Origin: Alphaproteobacteria bacterium
GTDB lineage: Bacteria; Pseudomonadota; Alphaproteobacteria; Rs-D84
DNA: 55,430 nucleotides
NCBI GenBank assembly: GCA_009783855.1
Contig: WRCO01000003.1
Location: 1 to 55,430, forward strand
Direction of reading: 5' to 3'
This document shows, piece after piece, positions 19,359 through 28,829 of the stretch. Both the position numbers and the translations under genes were made by a program. Position 1 is the first letter of the stretch. Each line of letters begins with the position of its first letter. The notes beneath the pieces are model-generated. The model was given only the letters and a program-made list of their open reading frames with translations, was not told the DNA's origin and made no database searches.

Positions 19359-20549
19359 ATGAAATTCTTGAAAACAGGTCTGGTCGCCGTGCCCGCACTT
19401 GCGGCAATACCTATGGGCGCAGCGAATGCGGATTGGATGGCTTTGGCAACTCCGGGCCAGATTGCGATATATAATGCTATTAACAGCGCTCCTTCGACGA
19501 ACAGCAATTTTAATACGATTAAAGACCACATAGAATCATTGCTTGTAAGCGTGAATCCGCTTAACAATGCCATCGGGATTGCGGCCTTGTCCGCGTTTGT
19601 GCCGCCGACCGCCCCACAGGTTCATGCGGTATCGACAACCACCGCGGCCCAGGTTTTCGATGCGGCCGGAACGCGTCTTACCGGCGGGGCGATGACGCCT
19701 ATGGGTGAACCCGTGCATAATTTTATTATCGGCAACACCGAAATCTGGGCCCAGGGTTTGGCAAGCCGCGCGCGATTTACGGGCGACGATGCTTTTAATA
19801 CGACTTCGTTCGGCGCGACGTTCGGCGTTGAAACAAATCTTACGCGGTCGTTAAAGTTTGGCGCGGGATACGCTTATACGAACACGACGGTAAAACCGGA
19901 TATAAAGGAAAGCAATATACAATCGCACAGCGTGCTTGGTTACGCGGAATGGAAGGCAGAGGACTGGTTTGTAAACACGGTGGCAAGCTTTACATTCGGA
20001 AGACAGGCCGAAGATAAAAAAATCGCGGGCGTAGGCGTCACCGGTTCCCGTAATCTTGATATGTTTGCGGTTCAATCTTTGGTCGGCCACGAAATTCACG
20101 GCCGCGACCTTACCTTTGTGCCGCGCGCGGGCTTTCGTTATCTTAATGTCTGGCAAGAAGGGTATACGGACAACGCGGGTTCGTACACAACCGGCGCGAA
20201 TGTTGACTTTCTTACCGGAATCGCCGGGATGAAATTCACGTTCGAATGGGAAAGACGGACGCGCAAATACGGCGCGCTGTGGCCGCACGGTCCGCGCATA
20301 AGACCCGAGGCATACATCGGCGCGACGTATGATTTTATAACGGACGCTGTGAATTCCCGGATGATTATGGCGAACGGCGCGGTGATAGACATAGAAGGCG
20401 ATACGCTTTACCGCGTGGCGATAGAGGCGGGCGCCGGGCTTACCATGTCGACCGTCGGCGGCATAGGATTTACCGTCGGATACATGGGCCGCTTCCGCCA
20501 GGATTACACCGATAGCAACGTTATGCTTTCAATCAAATATGCGTTTTGA
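19359..20549 (+). CDS. Autotransporter beta-domain outer-membrane protein with short N-terminal region
   Basis: Signal peptide, 'IWAQGL' barrel start, amphipathic strands, C-terminal KYAF. Confidence 0.8.
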   Translation: MKFLKTGLVAVPALAAIPMGAANADWMALATPGQIAIYNAINSAPSTNSNFNTIKDHIESLLVSVNPLNNAIGIAALSAFVPPTAPQVHAVSTTTAAQVFDAAGTRLTGGAMTPMGEPVHNFIIGNTEIWAQGLASRARFTGDDAFNTTSFGATFGVETNLTRSLKFGAGYAYTNTTVKPDIKESNIQSHSVLGYAEWKAEDWFVNTVASFTFGRQAEDKKIAGVGVTGSRNLDMFAVQSLVGHEIHGRDLTFVPRAGFRYLNVWQEGYTDNAGSYTTGANVDFLTGIAGMKFTFEWERRTRKYGALWPHGPRIRPEAYIGATYDFITDAVNSRMIMANGAVIDIEGDTLYRVAIEAGAGLTMSTVGGIGFTVGYMGRFRQDYTDSNVMLSIKYAF

Positions 20550-20601
20550 TTCATAGGGGGGCGGGGCGGATTTCCACGCGCCCCTAAACCACCGGCACCA
20601 G

Positions 20602-20645
20602 CCACCAAAACAAACCCCGGCGAAAGCCGGGGTTTGTTTTGGTGG
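20602..20645. terminator. Bidirectional terminator, 20-bp stem with GAAA loop
   Basis: CCACCAAAACAAACCCCGGC-GAAA-GCCGGGGTTTGTTTTGGTGG between convergent genes. Confidence 0.85.
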
Positions 20646-20650
20646 TTGTT

Positions 20651-21526
20651 CTAACTTCCCGTCCATGTGGTCACGATATTGAACCATTGGAAGTTGCCGT
20701 TTGCAAGTCTGACAAGCGCACAATCGCTTCCGACGCATCCTGTTGGCGGCTGGATTGCGGTGTCGGCCAAATCAAGCGATGTCGTAACGTCGGCCGCCAA
20801 ATCGGCGCGCGCCGCTATGTCAAGGTCCGCCAACGCGCCAAGGTCATTGACCGCGGAGGTGACAGTGTCAATCGCTGTAAAGACGCCGCCTGAAGTCACG
20901 ATGCGGTTCGACCCGGCTGTTGGTGCCGTGTCTATCAACCCGTCTCCGACGATGTCCTGTTTGCCGTCCAATTCGTCGCCCATTGCATCAAGAACAGCTT
21001 GCGGTATGTTTCCATCAACCTGTGCCTGGACATGGGCCGCCAATGTTCCGACGGTGAAACCGCGCTGTGGCTGGCCGGCTGCGTCGACTATTGCAAAGAC
21101 GCCCGCGTTGCCGACTTGTTGCAAAGTCTGCACATCACCGGTGACAAGGTCCGCCTTGCCTGCCAAGGCCGTCGCAACGCCGCCGGACGTGACGATACGT
21201 GTGGAGCCAACCGTCGGGCTGGTGTCCACAGTTCCGTCGCCAACCATATTCTGTTTGGTATCCAACGCGCCGCCCGCGGCTTCGTTAATGGCATCGAAAA
21301 TTGGTCCTTGGCCCGCGACGTCTTCACCGATGACGTCGATGATTGTGTCGCTTATGCTGGTTTCGATGTCCGTCACTCTGCCCGCAACCGTGGTGAGTTT
21401 TCCATCCACGTATTGTATGGCTTGGTCGACGTATGTAGTAGATGCAAGGTCTGCGGCGCTTGCCATAAATGGCAGAACCAACAAGGCCCCCGACACCATG
21501 ATTATTCTCATCTTCACGCTTTTCAT
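20651..21526 (-). CDS. Secreted protein with duplicated tail-fibre-like repeat
   Basis: Signal-peptide-like N-terminus and two copies of LD.KQ..VGDG..DT.PT.GS.RIVTSGGV.TA. Confidence 0.75.
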   Translation of the reverse strand: MKSVKMRIIMVSGALLVLPFMASAADLASTTYVDQAIQYVDGKLTTVAGRVTDIETSISDTIIDVIGEDVAGQGPIFDAINEAAGGALDTKQNMVGDGTVDTSPTVGSTRIVTSGGVATALAGKADLVTGDVQTLQQVGNAGVFAIVDAAGQPQRGFTVGTLAAHVQAQVDGNIPQAVLDAMGDELDGKQDIVGDGLIDTAPTAGSNRIVTSGGVFTAIDTVTSAVNDLGALADLDIAARADLAADVTTSLDLADTAIQPPTGCVGSDCALVRLANGNFQWFNIVTTWTGS

Positions 21527-21573
21527 TATTTTCTCCTTTTTTGTTTTTTTATTGTTTCTTTCTCAAATTTCTT

Positions 21574-22275
21574 TTACCAATTTTTTACAAATGTGTCTCT
21601 TACTCTAAGCCACGATTTCGACCCGTCCGCCGATGCAAGAAGCACATACCTGTTTCCGTCCGCCGGCGGTGTTGGAAGGCCAGAGCCCGCGTCGTACAAG
21701 CTTGGGTCAATCTTTCCATCCGCCCCTACTGCTATAATCTGTCCGGCCGCTGTTCCGACATGGCTTCGCCGAAGAATATCGCTTCCGTCGAATCCGTCGA
21801 AATCTGCGATTGCGTCGGCGATTCTTTGGTCGGTTTCATCCTTTGTGAACACTTCGTCCCTGTCTGCTTTGCGATATTCCAAATCGTCAATCAATTCGCG
21901 AATATTGCCAAAATTTATATCTCCCGCCGTCGACGTATTAACCGGCAATCCGCCCCTGTGAATCGGCACGCCTGGTCTTGCGGTGCTTGATGCCCGCGGT
22001 GCGCTTACGGACGTTGATGTCGCGGCGCGCGCGGGTGCCATCTGGGTCGTGCTTCGCGTTGCGGCGGCCATCGGCGTTGCGGTCCTTGCGGCGGCGGCGA
22101 CACTTTGCCTTTGCCGGAAGACTTCTGTATTCGAAGCGGTCGGTCCCGAAGCTGTCCGCGTTGCGGGCATGGCGGCGCGTCCGGCATTGGGCGTCCGTAC
22201 CGTCGCGGCGGCGTTTGCTTCGTGGGCGATGAACGCCATCGCAAGTCCCGCCAAAGACAACTTATACAGGTCCAC
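21574..22275 (-). CDS. Secreted Ala/Arg/Thr-rich hypothetical protein
   Basis: Signal peptide (AHEANA), low-complexity middle, C-terminal P-rich/W motif. Confidence 0.7.
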   Translation of the reverse strand: MDLYKLSLAGLAMAFIAHEANAAATVRTPNAGRAAMPATRTASGPTASNTEVFRQRQSVAAAARTATPMAAATRSTTQMAPARAATSTSVSAPRASSTARPGVPIHRGGLPVNTSTAGDINFGNIRELIDDLEYRKADRDEVFTKDETDQRIADAIADFDGFDGSDILRRSHVGTAAGQIIAVGADGKIDPSLYDAGSGLPTPPADGNRYVLLASADGSKSWLRVRDTFVKNW

Positions 22276-22492
22276 TTTCGTCCCTTGTTTGCATTTGTTT
22301 CTTGACTATTATATCAAAAATCAGGTTTTGAAAAAAGACCAAAATCCAAAGCGCATAGCAAAAAGAATTCAACCCCGTCAAGCGGAAATACAACCCTTTG
22401 AATTTTTTTATTTTGCCCATACTTTTCCATTGAGCAGCTTACGCGATTTTTTCTAAAATTGACCAGATGTACTGATATTTCAAGGGGATACT

Positions 22493-23611
22493 TTGGAGAG
22501 GTTGCTCCGCATTTTCAATAGACCGAAATTTCATAAACCGCCCGGTTTCCGTGGACTTTGGGGTGTTTTTGTTTTCGGGATTTGCTTTATTTTCGCGCAC
22601 GCGTACGCGCGCGCCGATTCGCTTGTCACGGAATCATTTGTGCGCGGTGCGGTGCAAAGCATTGTCTTGGCGCTGAATGAAAAAGCCGACGCGTCGGATT
22701 TGGCGAACTATGTTCACACCTCTTCGGTCGGCATGCCGGGCGGAATTGCGATTTTGGACGAATCGGGATTGGTTCCTTTGGAAATGATTCCGGACGGCAT
22801 TGGCGGCGTGCAATCGGATTGGAACGCTGAATCGGGTCCTGCGCAGATTCTTAACCGTCCGGCGCTTGGCACCGCCGCCGCGATGAATATCGCCGACTTT
22901 GCATCCGCGGCACAGGGCGCGCTTGCCGACACAGCGGTCCAGCCTGCGGCCCTTGCATCCTTTATCGCCGCGTCTTTGATGGGCGCGCCGAACGGCGTTG
23001 CGACGCTTGATTCGACCGGCCGGCTTACTATTGCGCAATTGCCGGACGTTGGCGGAAACTTGTTTGAACTTATCACGCGAACCGATGCCTTGGAGGCCGG
23101 CAAGGCGGACCGTGCCGCGGGCGCGACGGCCGGCAATCTTGCGGGTTTGAACGCGGGCGGTCATCCGACCGATTCGGGTATTTCGGCGGCGAACGTCATT
23201 GTTGCGATTGCACAGGCGGCGACCGCATTGCAAGAAATCCCGTTGGAAGTCGCGACTCGCGAATGGGTTTTGATGCAGGGCTTTACAACTGGCGGCGGAG
23301 ATGATGGCGGCGGCGTTACGAATGAACAGTTGCAGGCGCTTATGACCGCAATACAAAGCCACTCCGACGCAAGGAATAATCCGCACCAAACAACCGCGGC
23401 ACAGGTTGGCGCGATTCCGACGGCTGCGCGCGGCGCGGCGGACGGTGTCGCATCTCTTGACACAAACGCAAGGATTCCATTCGTGCAAATGCCGGTTGGA
23501 ATGGTCCCGGGCACTGTCGCCGCCGGCAACGACCCCCGGTTTGGAACAGTATCCCACGGGGCGCCGACCGGAAATCCGACGCCAGGGACGGTGTTTATAT
23601 GGTTCGAATAA
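22493..23611 (+). CDS. Secreted protein with phage-tail-fibre-like motifs
   Basis: GAPNGVATLDSTGRL and GAADGVASLDTNARIP repeats, GNLAGLN.GG.PTDSG, NPHQTTAAQVGA, ATREWV. Confidence 0.7.
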   Translation: MERLLRIFNRPKFHKPPGFRGLWGVFVFGICFIFAHAYARADSLVTESFVRGAVQSIVLALNEKADASDLANYVHTSSVGMPGGIAILDESGLVPLEMIPDGIGGVQSDWNAESGPAQILNRPALGTAAAMNIADFASAAQGALADTAVQPAALASFIAASLMGAPNGVATLDSTGRLTIAQLPDVGGNLFELITRTDALEAGKADRAAGATAGNLAGLNAGGHPTDSGISAANVIVAIAQAATALQEIPLEVATREWVLMQGFTTGGGDDGGGVTNEQLQALMTAIQSHSDARNNPHQTTAAQVGAIPTAARGAADGVASLDTNARIPFVQMPVGMVPGTVAAGNDPRFGTVSHGAPTGNPTPGTVFIWFE

Positions 23612-24765
23612 CCGTTCTTTCTTTGTTATTGTCTTTTGCAACTGTCGCCGTCATGGCGAATGAAAGGATTTTATATCTTGGCGACGGCCTGTCGGCGTCC
23701 GGGTTCAAACTTTCGGATGCAAAGATTACGCAAAACGTGTTGGGACTTCGGGATGCAAACGGCCAGACATTTTACGCGACGCTTCAAGCGGAAAGGGTAG
23801 AGGGCCCCTTGCCCGGTCCGCCGACTTTGCGCGTTATAACATCTATGGGTCATCGCTTTTCGCTTCGCGATATTGAACCGTTGCCCGAAACTCCTCCGAT
23901 TATTGTCCCGCCGCCGCCGACACTTACAAATCAATGCGTGGCCCAGGCGACGATATTGGAACCGGGCACGTATCTTGTTGTTGTCCGCGGCGGTCGCGGC
24001 GGCGATGGCGGCGGCACGTTGGCCAATGGTGCGGCGCCGGGATTGGATGCGATTGAACGACGTTTCAGGGTCGAACTTGACACGCCAATGGTCGCATATA
24101 TGTTCCGCGGCGGGAACGGGAATCCGGGCGGCATCGGCAACACCGCCGGCGCCGGTTCGACCGCTGCGGCCGGGGGCGGGGCATCCGGCGCGCCAAGCGC
24201 GATTGTGCTGTGCCCGCTTTACGAAGTTTGCGACACGGACAACAGTAAATTCTTTATTTCCGAAGGCGGTGCGGGTGGCCGCGGCGCGGGTGCAAGAAAT
24301 AACCAAGGCCAATTTCTTTACGGCCGCGGCGCGGGCGGCGGGTTCGGACCGTACCGAGATGGCGAGGCCGGGTCCGCCTCCGCGGCCGCTGAATTCTCTG
24401 TGGGCGGCGGCGGCGGCGGCGCGCCGGGCGGACGTGGCGGCGCGGGCTTTGTATATATTCCGAACCAATGGTTCTCTGAACCCGGACAGGATGCGGTCGG
24501 ACTTGCATCCGGCGCGGGCGGTCGCGGATATTCGATGCGCCCCAACGGACTGTTACAATTTGGCGCGGGCGGTCCGGCCGGCGCCGGCACGATTACATGG
24601 ACATGCGCCGGGTATACTTTGCATGCCTATGGCGGCGGGTCTGGCGGCGGCCTGGCCACCCGTAACCAAATTGCCACGGGTGGCGCCGGGGGAAGTGGCA
24701 CGGGAACACAGACCACGCATTCGACCGCCCGGGTATACAGGTTGGATGACGACGATAACCCATAA
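23599..24765 (+). CDS. Secreted glycine-rich protein
   Basis: Signal peptide followed by many GGxGG/GAGGG repeats; overlaps the upstream gene. Confidence 0.75.
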   Translation: MVRITVLSLLLSFATVAVMANERILYLGDGLSASGFKLSDAKITQNVLGLRDANGQTFYATLQAERVEGPLPGPPTLRVITSMGHRFSLRDIEPLPETPPIIVPPPPTLTNQCVAQATILEPGTYLVVVRGGRGGDGGGTLANGAAPGLDAIERRFRVELDTPMVAYMFRGGNGNPGGIGNTAGAGSTAAAGGGASGAPSAIVLCPLYEVCDTDNSKFFISEGGAGGRGAGARNNQGQFLYGRGAGGGFGPYRDGEAGSASAAAEFSVGGGGGGAPGGRGGAGFVYIPNQWFSEPGQDAVGLASGAGGRGYSMRPNGLLQFGAGGPAGAGTITWTCAGYTLHAYGGGSGGGLATRNQIATGGAGGSGTGTQTTHSTARVYRLDDDDNP

Positions 24766-24789
24766 AAAACCGCGCGTTGCGCGGTTTTT
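24765..24789. terminator. Bidirectional terminator
   Basis: AAAAACCGCGC-GTT-GCGCGGTTTTT. Confidence 0.8.
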
Positions 24790-24791
24790 GT

Positions 24792-25127
24792 TTAACTTTT
24801 CAATTTTCCGGCCCATGGGCAAAAGCGCGGAAGTTTGTATGTATCCTCAAGCATTTTGATTGTGTCCTGCAGACTTTTGCGCAAACTTATATCTTCGGAA
24901 TCCAAAGCTTCCGTTCGCGCTGAAAGACTTATTGCATGGACGGTGCGGTTCGCATCTTCGTATTTTTTAAGGACTTCCGAAGAGGGTGTCAGCTTTTCTT
25001 GAAGGGTGACGGTGACCGGCCCTGTCGCCTCTGTCAGTTCTGGCGACGGAGTTTCAGGCGACTTTTTTGTCGGCGGATTAAAAAGATTATCCAAAGTAAA
25101 TTGATAGGTTTCGATTTTATTCGTCAT
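24792..25127 (-). CDS. Orphan hypothetical protein
   Basis: 111-aa ORF with AAGGGGG RBS, a consensus promoter and a terminator. Confidence 0.65.
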   Translation of the reverse strand: MTNKIETYQFTLDNLFNPPTKKSPETPSPELTEATGPVTVTLQEKLTPSSEVLKKYEDANRTVHAISLSARTEALDSEDISLRKSLQDTIKMLEDTYKLPRFCPWAGKLKS

Positions 25128-25146
25128 ACCAACCCCCTTTTCTATG

Positions 25147-25174
25147 ATTATAGGGCAACTCGCTTATTTGTCAA
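25147..25174 (-). promoter_or_regulatory. Sigma70 promoter TTGACA-16-TATAAT
   Basis: Minus-strand exact consensus hexamers. Confidence 0.7.
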
Positions 25175-25193
25175 GTAAAAATCGATAATTGAT

Positions 25194-25871
25194 TTATATC
25201 GATATCTCGTCCCCAAGTGCCAATATATAATCATTCCCCCGCCGCAAGACAAGCGCGCCATCCGGATTAATCTCGCACAGAATCGCCGGCTTTCCCTGAT
25301 ACTTTATTTCCGAATCAAGTCCGGCCGCCAATTCCATCCACCGGGCGCGGACGGGCGCAAAATCCCCGCGCGAAAGATGCGCGGCCCATTCGTCAAGCCT
25401 GTCCATAAGCGCCACCAAAAATTTATCGCGTGTAATGCCGCGTTTATACCGGTCAAGCTTTGTCGTTTCATACCCGGCAACCACAGGGTTGGATTTGATA
25501 TTTACCCCGATGCCGACGATGACAAAGTCTTTCGAATATTCGATTAACGTGCCGCTTACTTTTTTCCCGTCTATCAATATATCGTTCGGCCATTTTATTT
25601 TCGGGTCGATTCCAAAAGAAATCATGGTCTCTGCAATGGCGACGGCGACGGCGTACGACAGGCGCGGCTCGCGTTTTTCGATTTTGTAAATAAAACTTGC
25701 GTACAGATTTCCGGGCTTTGAAATCCATGTCCGGCGGTACCGGCCGCGCCCGGCGCTTTGCGCGCCGGCGATTATGACGGCGCGGTCTGTCGCCGTGCCG
25801 CTTGCGATAAGTTCATGCGCATATTCTTGCGTGCTTGGGATTTCTTCAAAGGAATAGAGTTTGTAATTCAT
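25194..25871 (-). CDS. birA: Biotin--[acetyl-CoA-carboxylase] ligase (no HTH)
   Basis: QSAGRGRYRRTW, KWPNDI, KKVSGTL, GIGVN. Confidence 0.92.
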   Translation of the reverse strand: MNYKLYSFEEIPSTQEYAHELIASGTATDRAVIIAGAQSAGRGRYRRTWISKPGNLYASFIYKIEKREPRLSYAVAVAIAETMISFGIDPKIKWPNDILIDGKKVSGTLIEYSKDFVIVGIGVNIKSNPVVAGYETTKLDRYKRGITRDKFLVALMDRLDEWAAHLSRGDFAPVRARWMELAAGLDSEIKYQGKPAILCEINPDGALVLRRGNDYILALGDEISI

Positions 25872-25879
25872 GGCTCGTC

Positions 25880-26305
25880 TCAGATTTCAAACCTGTATCT
25901 CCCGTTTTCCGTTTTTATAAAATCCGTGCCGAATTGTTTCCGAAGCGCGTATATCGCGGTGTCAATCGCATGGCTGTTCGCATCGGGCGCATAGCCGCAC
26001 GATATGCGCAAATCGGCGGCGGATACGCCCGCGGCGCCCGCGCGTTCCAATAATGTTATTATCTTTGCGTTTGCCATCGACACGTTCGCGTCCGCTTTGC
26101 ATGCGCGCCGCACGGCGCGTTTTCGCGCTTCGTCAATCTGCGCCACGATTTTGGATTTTAATTCAAGTCCGGACATTGGTTCCGAAAAATCAACGGGATT
26201 AAAGATTAAATCCGCCACTGTGCGCGATGCCGATGCTGCGCCCAAATCGGTCAATATCTGCGCCCAAATCTTGTCTTCGGTGTAAAATGTAATACCGGAT
26301 AGCAT
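25880..26305 (-). CDS. Protein with C-terminal winged-helix (OmpR-like) domain
   Basis: AIDTAIYALRKQFGTDFIKTENGRYRF. ATG 26305 lies within ORF 25880..26347. Confidence 0.7.
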   Translation of the reverse strand: MLSGITFYTEDKIWAQILTDLGAASASRTVADLIFNPVDFSEPMSGLELKSKIVAQIDEARKRAVRRACKADANVSMANAKIITLLERAGAAGVSAADLRISCGYAPDANSHAIDTAIYALRKQFGTDFIKTENGRYRFEI

Positions 26306-26348
26306 GGGGGGATTATAAATTATCAATCGGGAATTAGCAATTAACAAT

Positions 26349-26435
26349 TTTCAGTGTGAAGTGTGAAGTTGTGGTTGTCGGCGAAGCCGACGCCACAACT
26401 TCACACTGAAAAAACGCGCCTTTCGGCGCGTTTTT
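26349..26435. terminator. Long heptamer-containing hairpin followed by terminator hairpin
   Basis: TTTCAGTGTGAAGTGTGAAGTTGTGG..GTCGGC-GAA-GCCGAC..CCACAACTTCACACTGAAA, then CGCGCC-TTTC-GGCGCG flanked by A/T runs. Confidence 0.7.
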
Positions 26436-28215
26436 ATTCCGGCGGATTCATTTCATCCAAATTCATATAATTCCGCGAGATTATATACTGACGGAAAGTC
26501 GGGATTGAAAACGTTCCGTTCAGCCTGGGCTGTCCCATGCCGCCGACGTTGCAAAATACCGATTTGCCTTCGGCGAAATAATATCCGATTCCGGCAAGCG
26601 CTCCGATGCCGCCGCCGATTAGCGTTCCCCGGCCGCGCGCGGTCTGTAACCACGGTCGGTTTTTCCCGAATTCCAAATCAAGCAATTCTTCCACGTTCCG
26701 GCCTGTTATCGTCGCCTCTGTTGTTAACAGTAAATCTAATGTTCCGTCGATTTCGGCAAGAAGCTCGTCAAGCAGCGGGCTGCCAGTCTGGGCAAGGTCT
26801 TCTCCGGCAAGCCTTAAAGCTTCGGCCGCGCGCATCCATTCGCCAAGGCTTTCGGCGGGACTGTTCGCCGCGAATAAAGTGCGCGGACAATTCTGCGGCG
26901 TTGTGGACAACGCGTCCGAAAGGTCGCCGAACGTGCCCGACGTCATGCATACCGAAAGCGAATTCAATCTGTTGTTCGGGCCGGAATCCACGCGAAGGTC
27001 CATCCGCCTTGCAATATTTTGATGGCTTGCCATAAAGTCATTGATAAGATTCGCCCTGTGCAAATCAAACGAAGCCGTGCGGTCCGCCGCGGTTGCGACC
27101 GGTCCGAATCCCGTGCGGAAATAACATGTTCCGTCGCGCCGGAAACCGCCGGCCGTGCGGCCCGCCGGGCACGGGCGACGCGATGCGACGCTTGCCGGGT
27201 TGGCGGGATGCCCGCTGCAATGTATAAGATTCTCGTCGGATGCGCCGCATTCGCAGCCGCGGCTTGAAATCCGCACGTCGCCGAATTTCGCCGCGCCTTC
27301 GGCGCTTGGCGATACAAGTTCTTGGAACAATTTGGCGGCGCAGTCGTTGACATTTTGCCGCGCGGCGTCAAGCGCGGCTTGCAAACTTGTGTTGCCGCTT
27401 TGCATGGCGGCCACCAGCGCCCGGCGTTCTTCCGTCGACGAAAGGTCGTATTGCCTTCCTTGGAAAGTAATTCTTAACGCGCCTGTGCCGCTGACTTCCC
27501 CGATTTGTTTTTTGACGTCGTCGACCCGTCTTTCCTGATTCCTGTCGATTATGTACCCGACGCCGTATCCTATGCCCGCGCCGCCGACTATCATAACCGG
27601 AACGACCCATTGCGAAGTGCGTCTCATCGCGGAAATCTGGTCGAACGCGCTTGCGTGGCACCGTACAGCGTCGCCCATCCGCGCCCATGCGACCACAGGC
27701 CGGCCGCCCGCGCGAATCACGCCGCCCCAGTTATGCGCGACAACCGGGATAAAGCATTCGTGCGTGTCTTCGTCGAACACCGCCTGATGCCCGTTGGCAT
27801 GTATGCCAAGGCACGCGCGGCGCGCGATGCCGACAGTAACGCCAAGGATTGGAATTTCAACATCATCCGGATTCGGCGCGTACCGTACCAATTCGCCAAA
27901 GGTGTCATATATCCACATCTCGCCGTTTGCCATGTCGGTGAATATTCGCCGACCATCGGGGCGAGTTGTTTCCGCCAACGGATTGCCGGTTGCGGGACTT
28001 GTCGTGCGCGCAACCATTACAGGCGCGGCGGGCGTTACAGCCGCGGGTGCGGGTGCGGCGACGGGCACCGGAATTTGGGCCCGCGGTTGAGTCCCGGCGC
28101 CGGCGCGCATTGCGGCGCCCGCAATAGACCCGGGTCGCGCGCGCGTTGTCGTGGCATGCGCGTCAAGCGCGCACAAAGACGCAATGGATACGGCAACAAA
28201 AAACTTTGCATTCAT
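26434..28215 (-). CDS. Hypothetical secreted/membrane protein (593 aa), Cys-containing, two glycine-zipper-like TM segments
   Basis: Signal peptide, VGGAGIGYGVG and GGGIGALAGIG segments. Confidence 0.75.
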   Translation of the reverse strand: MNAKFFVAVSIASLCALDAHATTTRARPGSIAGAAMRAGAGTQPRAQIPVPVAAPAPAAVTPAAPVMVARTTSPATGNPLAETTRPDGRRIFTDMANGEMWIYDTFGELVRYAPNPDDVEIPILGVTVGIARRACLGIHANGHQAVFDEDTHECFIPVVAHNWGGVIRAGGRPVVAWARMGDAVRCHASAFDQISAMRRTSQWVVPVMIVGGAGIGYGVGYIIDRNQERRVDDVKKQIGEVSGTGALRITFQGRQYDLSSTEERRALVAAMQSGNTSLQAALDAARQNVNDCAAKLFQELVSPSAEGAAKFGDVRISSRGCECGASDENLIHCSGHPANPASVASRRPCPAGRTAGGFRRDGTCYFRTGFGPVATAADRTASFDLHRANLINDFMASHQNIARRMDLRVDSGPNNRLNSLSVCMTSGTFGDLSDALSTTPQNCPRTLFAANSPAESLGEWMRAAEALRLAGEDLAQTGSPLLDELLAEIDGTLDLLLTTEATITGRNVEELLDLEFGKNRPWLQTARGRGTLIGGGIGALAGIGYYFAEGKSVFCNVGGMGQPRLNGTFSIPTFRQYIISRNYMNLDEMNPPE

Positions 28216-28250
28216 GGATTAACCCTCTTGCGGATAATTTTATCATAAAT

Positions 28251-28400
28251 CGGAAAAAATGACAAGCCGCTTATCAAAGCGTCGCGACTTCAAGGACGTA
28301 TTTAAGCCGGAATAAAAGCTGTTGGATAAATCGGAATATTTTCCGGTGCGTTGCGAACGGCGCCTTGGCACAGCATGGCTGTCTTCCTTCCCGGCCTTTG
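28251..28400 (-). ncRNA. ssrS: 6S RNA-like rod-shaped ncRNA (candidate)
   Basis: The 5' CGGGAAGGAAGACAGCC pairs with the 3' GGCTTGTCATTTTTTCCG. It contains GTTCGCAA and CTTGAA words shared with E. coli 6S, a single-stranded bubble, and a TTGGAA-17-TATAAC promoter at 28407-28435. No ORF here. Confidence 0.55.
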
Positions 28401-28462
28401 TTGCAAGTTATATCATAAAATGGTTTGTTTTCCAAATATCATTGTGATATAATGTCGGTGAT

Positions 28463-28828
28463 ATGAAATTCGCGCCATTTTATTTTCTGTTTGCTTTTTG
28501 CATGCTGCCGATTGTTGCGGCGGGCGAATGGCTTCCGGGATTTGAAGACGTCCCGATGATGGATAAAACGTATGTCGTCGAAGAAGAAAGCTTTGTGTAC
28601 TCTTTGGCCGAGGGTAAAATTGTACAGGCGACGGTTATAAGCGACCACGTGTCGCGCCGCCAATTGCAAAGGTTTTACAGCGATGCGCTGCGCGAACTTG
28701 GATGGCGCCGGACGCGAGATACGCGCGCGCTTCAGACTTTTACGCGCGGCAGCGAAGAATTGAACATAGAGATAATAGAATCCGACCCGCTTACGGTGGG
28801 CTTCACGCTTACGCCGATTGGGGATTGA
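28463..28828 (+). CDS. Conserved alphaproteobacterial-type secreted hypothetical protein
   Basis: Signal peptide then WLPGFEDVPMM...FYSDALRELGW. Confidence 0.75.
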   Translation: MKFAPFYFLFAFCMLPIVAAGEWLPGFEDVPMMDKTYVVEEESFVYSLAEGKIVQATVISDHVSRRQLQRFYSDALRELGWRRTRDTRALQTFTRGSEELNIEIIESDPLTVGFTLTPIGD

Positions 28829-28829
28829 T

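Noticed and set aside
17732-19573. Long antisense ORF (613 aa) and similar shadows (9514..10275, 20667..21608, 22634..23641, 37088..37777, 54532..55320)
   Set aside because: They lie opposite well-supported genes in GC-rich sequence and have no recognisable motifs.
20651-24765. Prophage
   Set aside because: There is no integrase, terminase, portal, capsid or lysis gene, and the ORFs have signal-peptide-like N-termini and mixed orientation.
28378-28398. SRP (4.5S) RNA domain IV look-alike AGGCCGGGAAGGAAGACAGC
   Set aside because: The stem under the GGAA loop does not pair, and the segment pairs better as the closing stem of the 6S-like rod.
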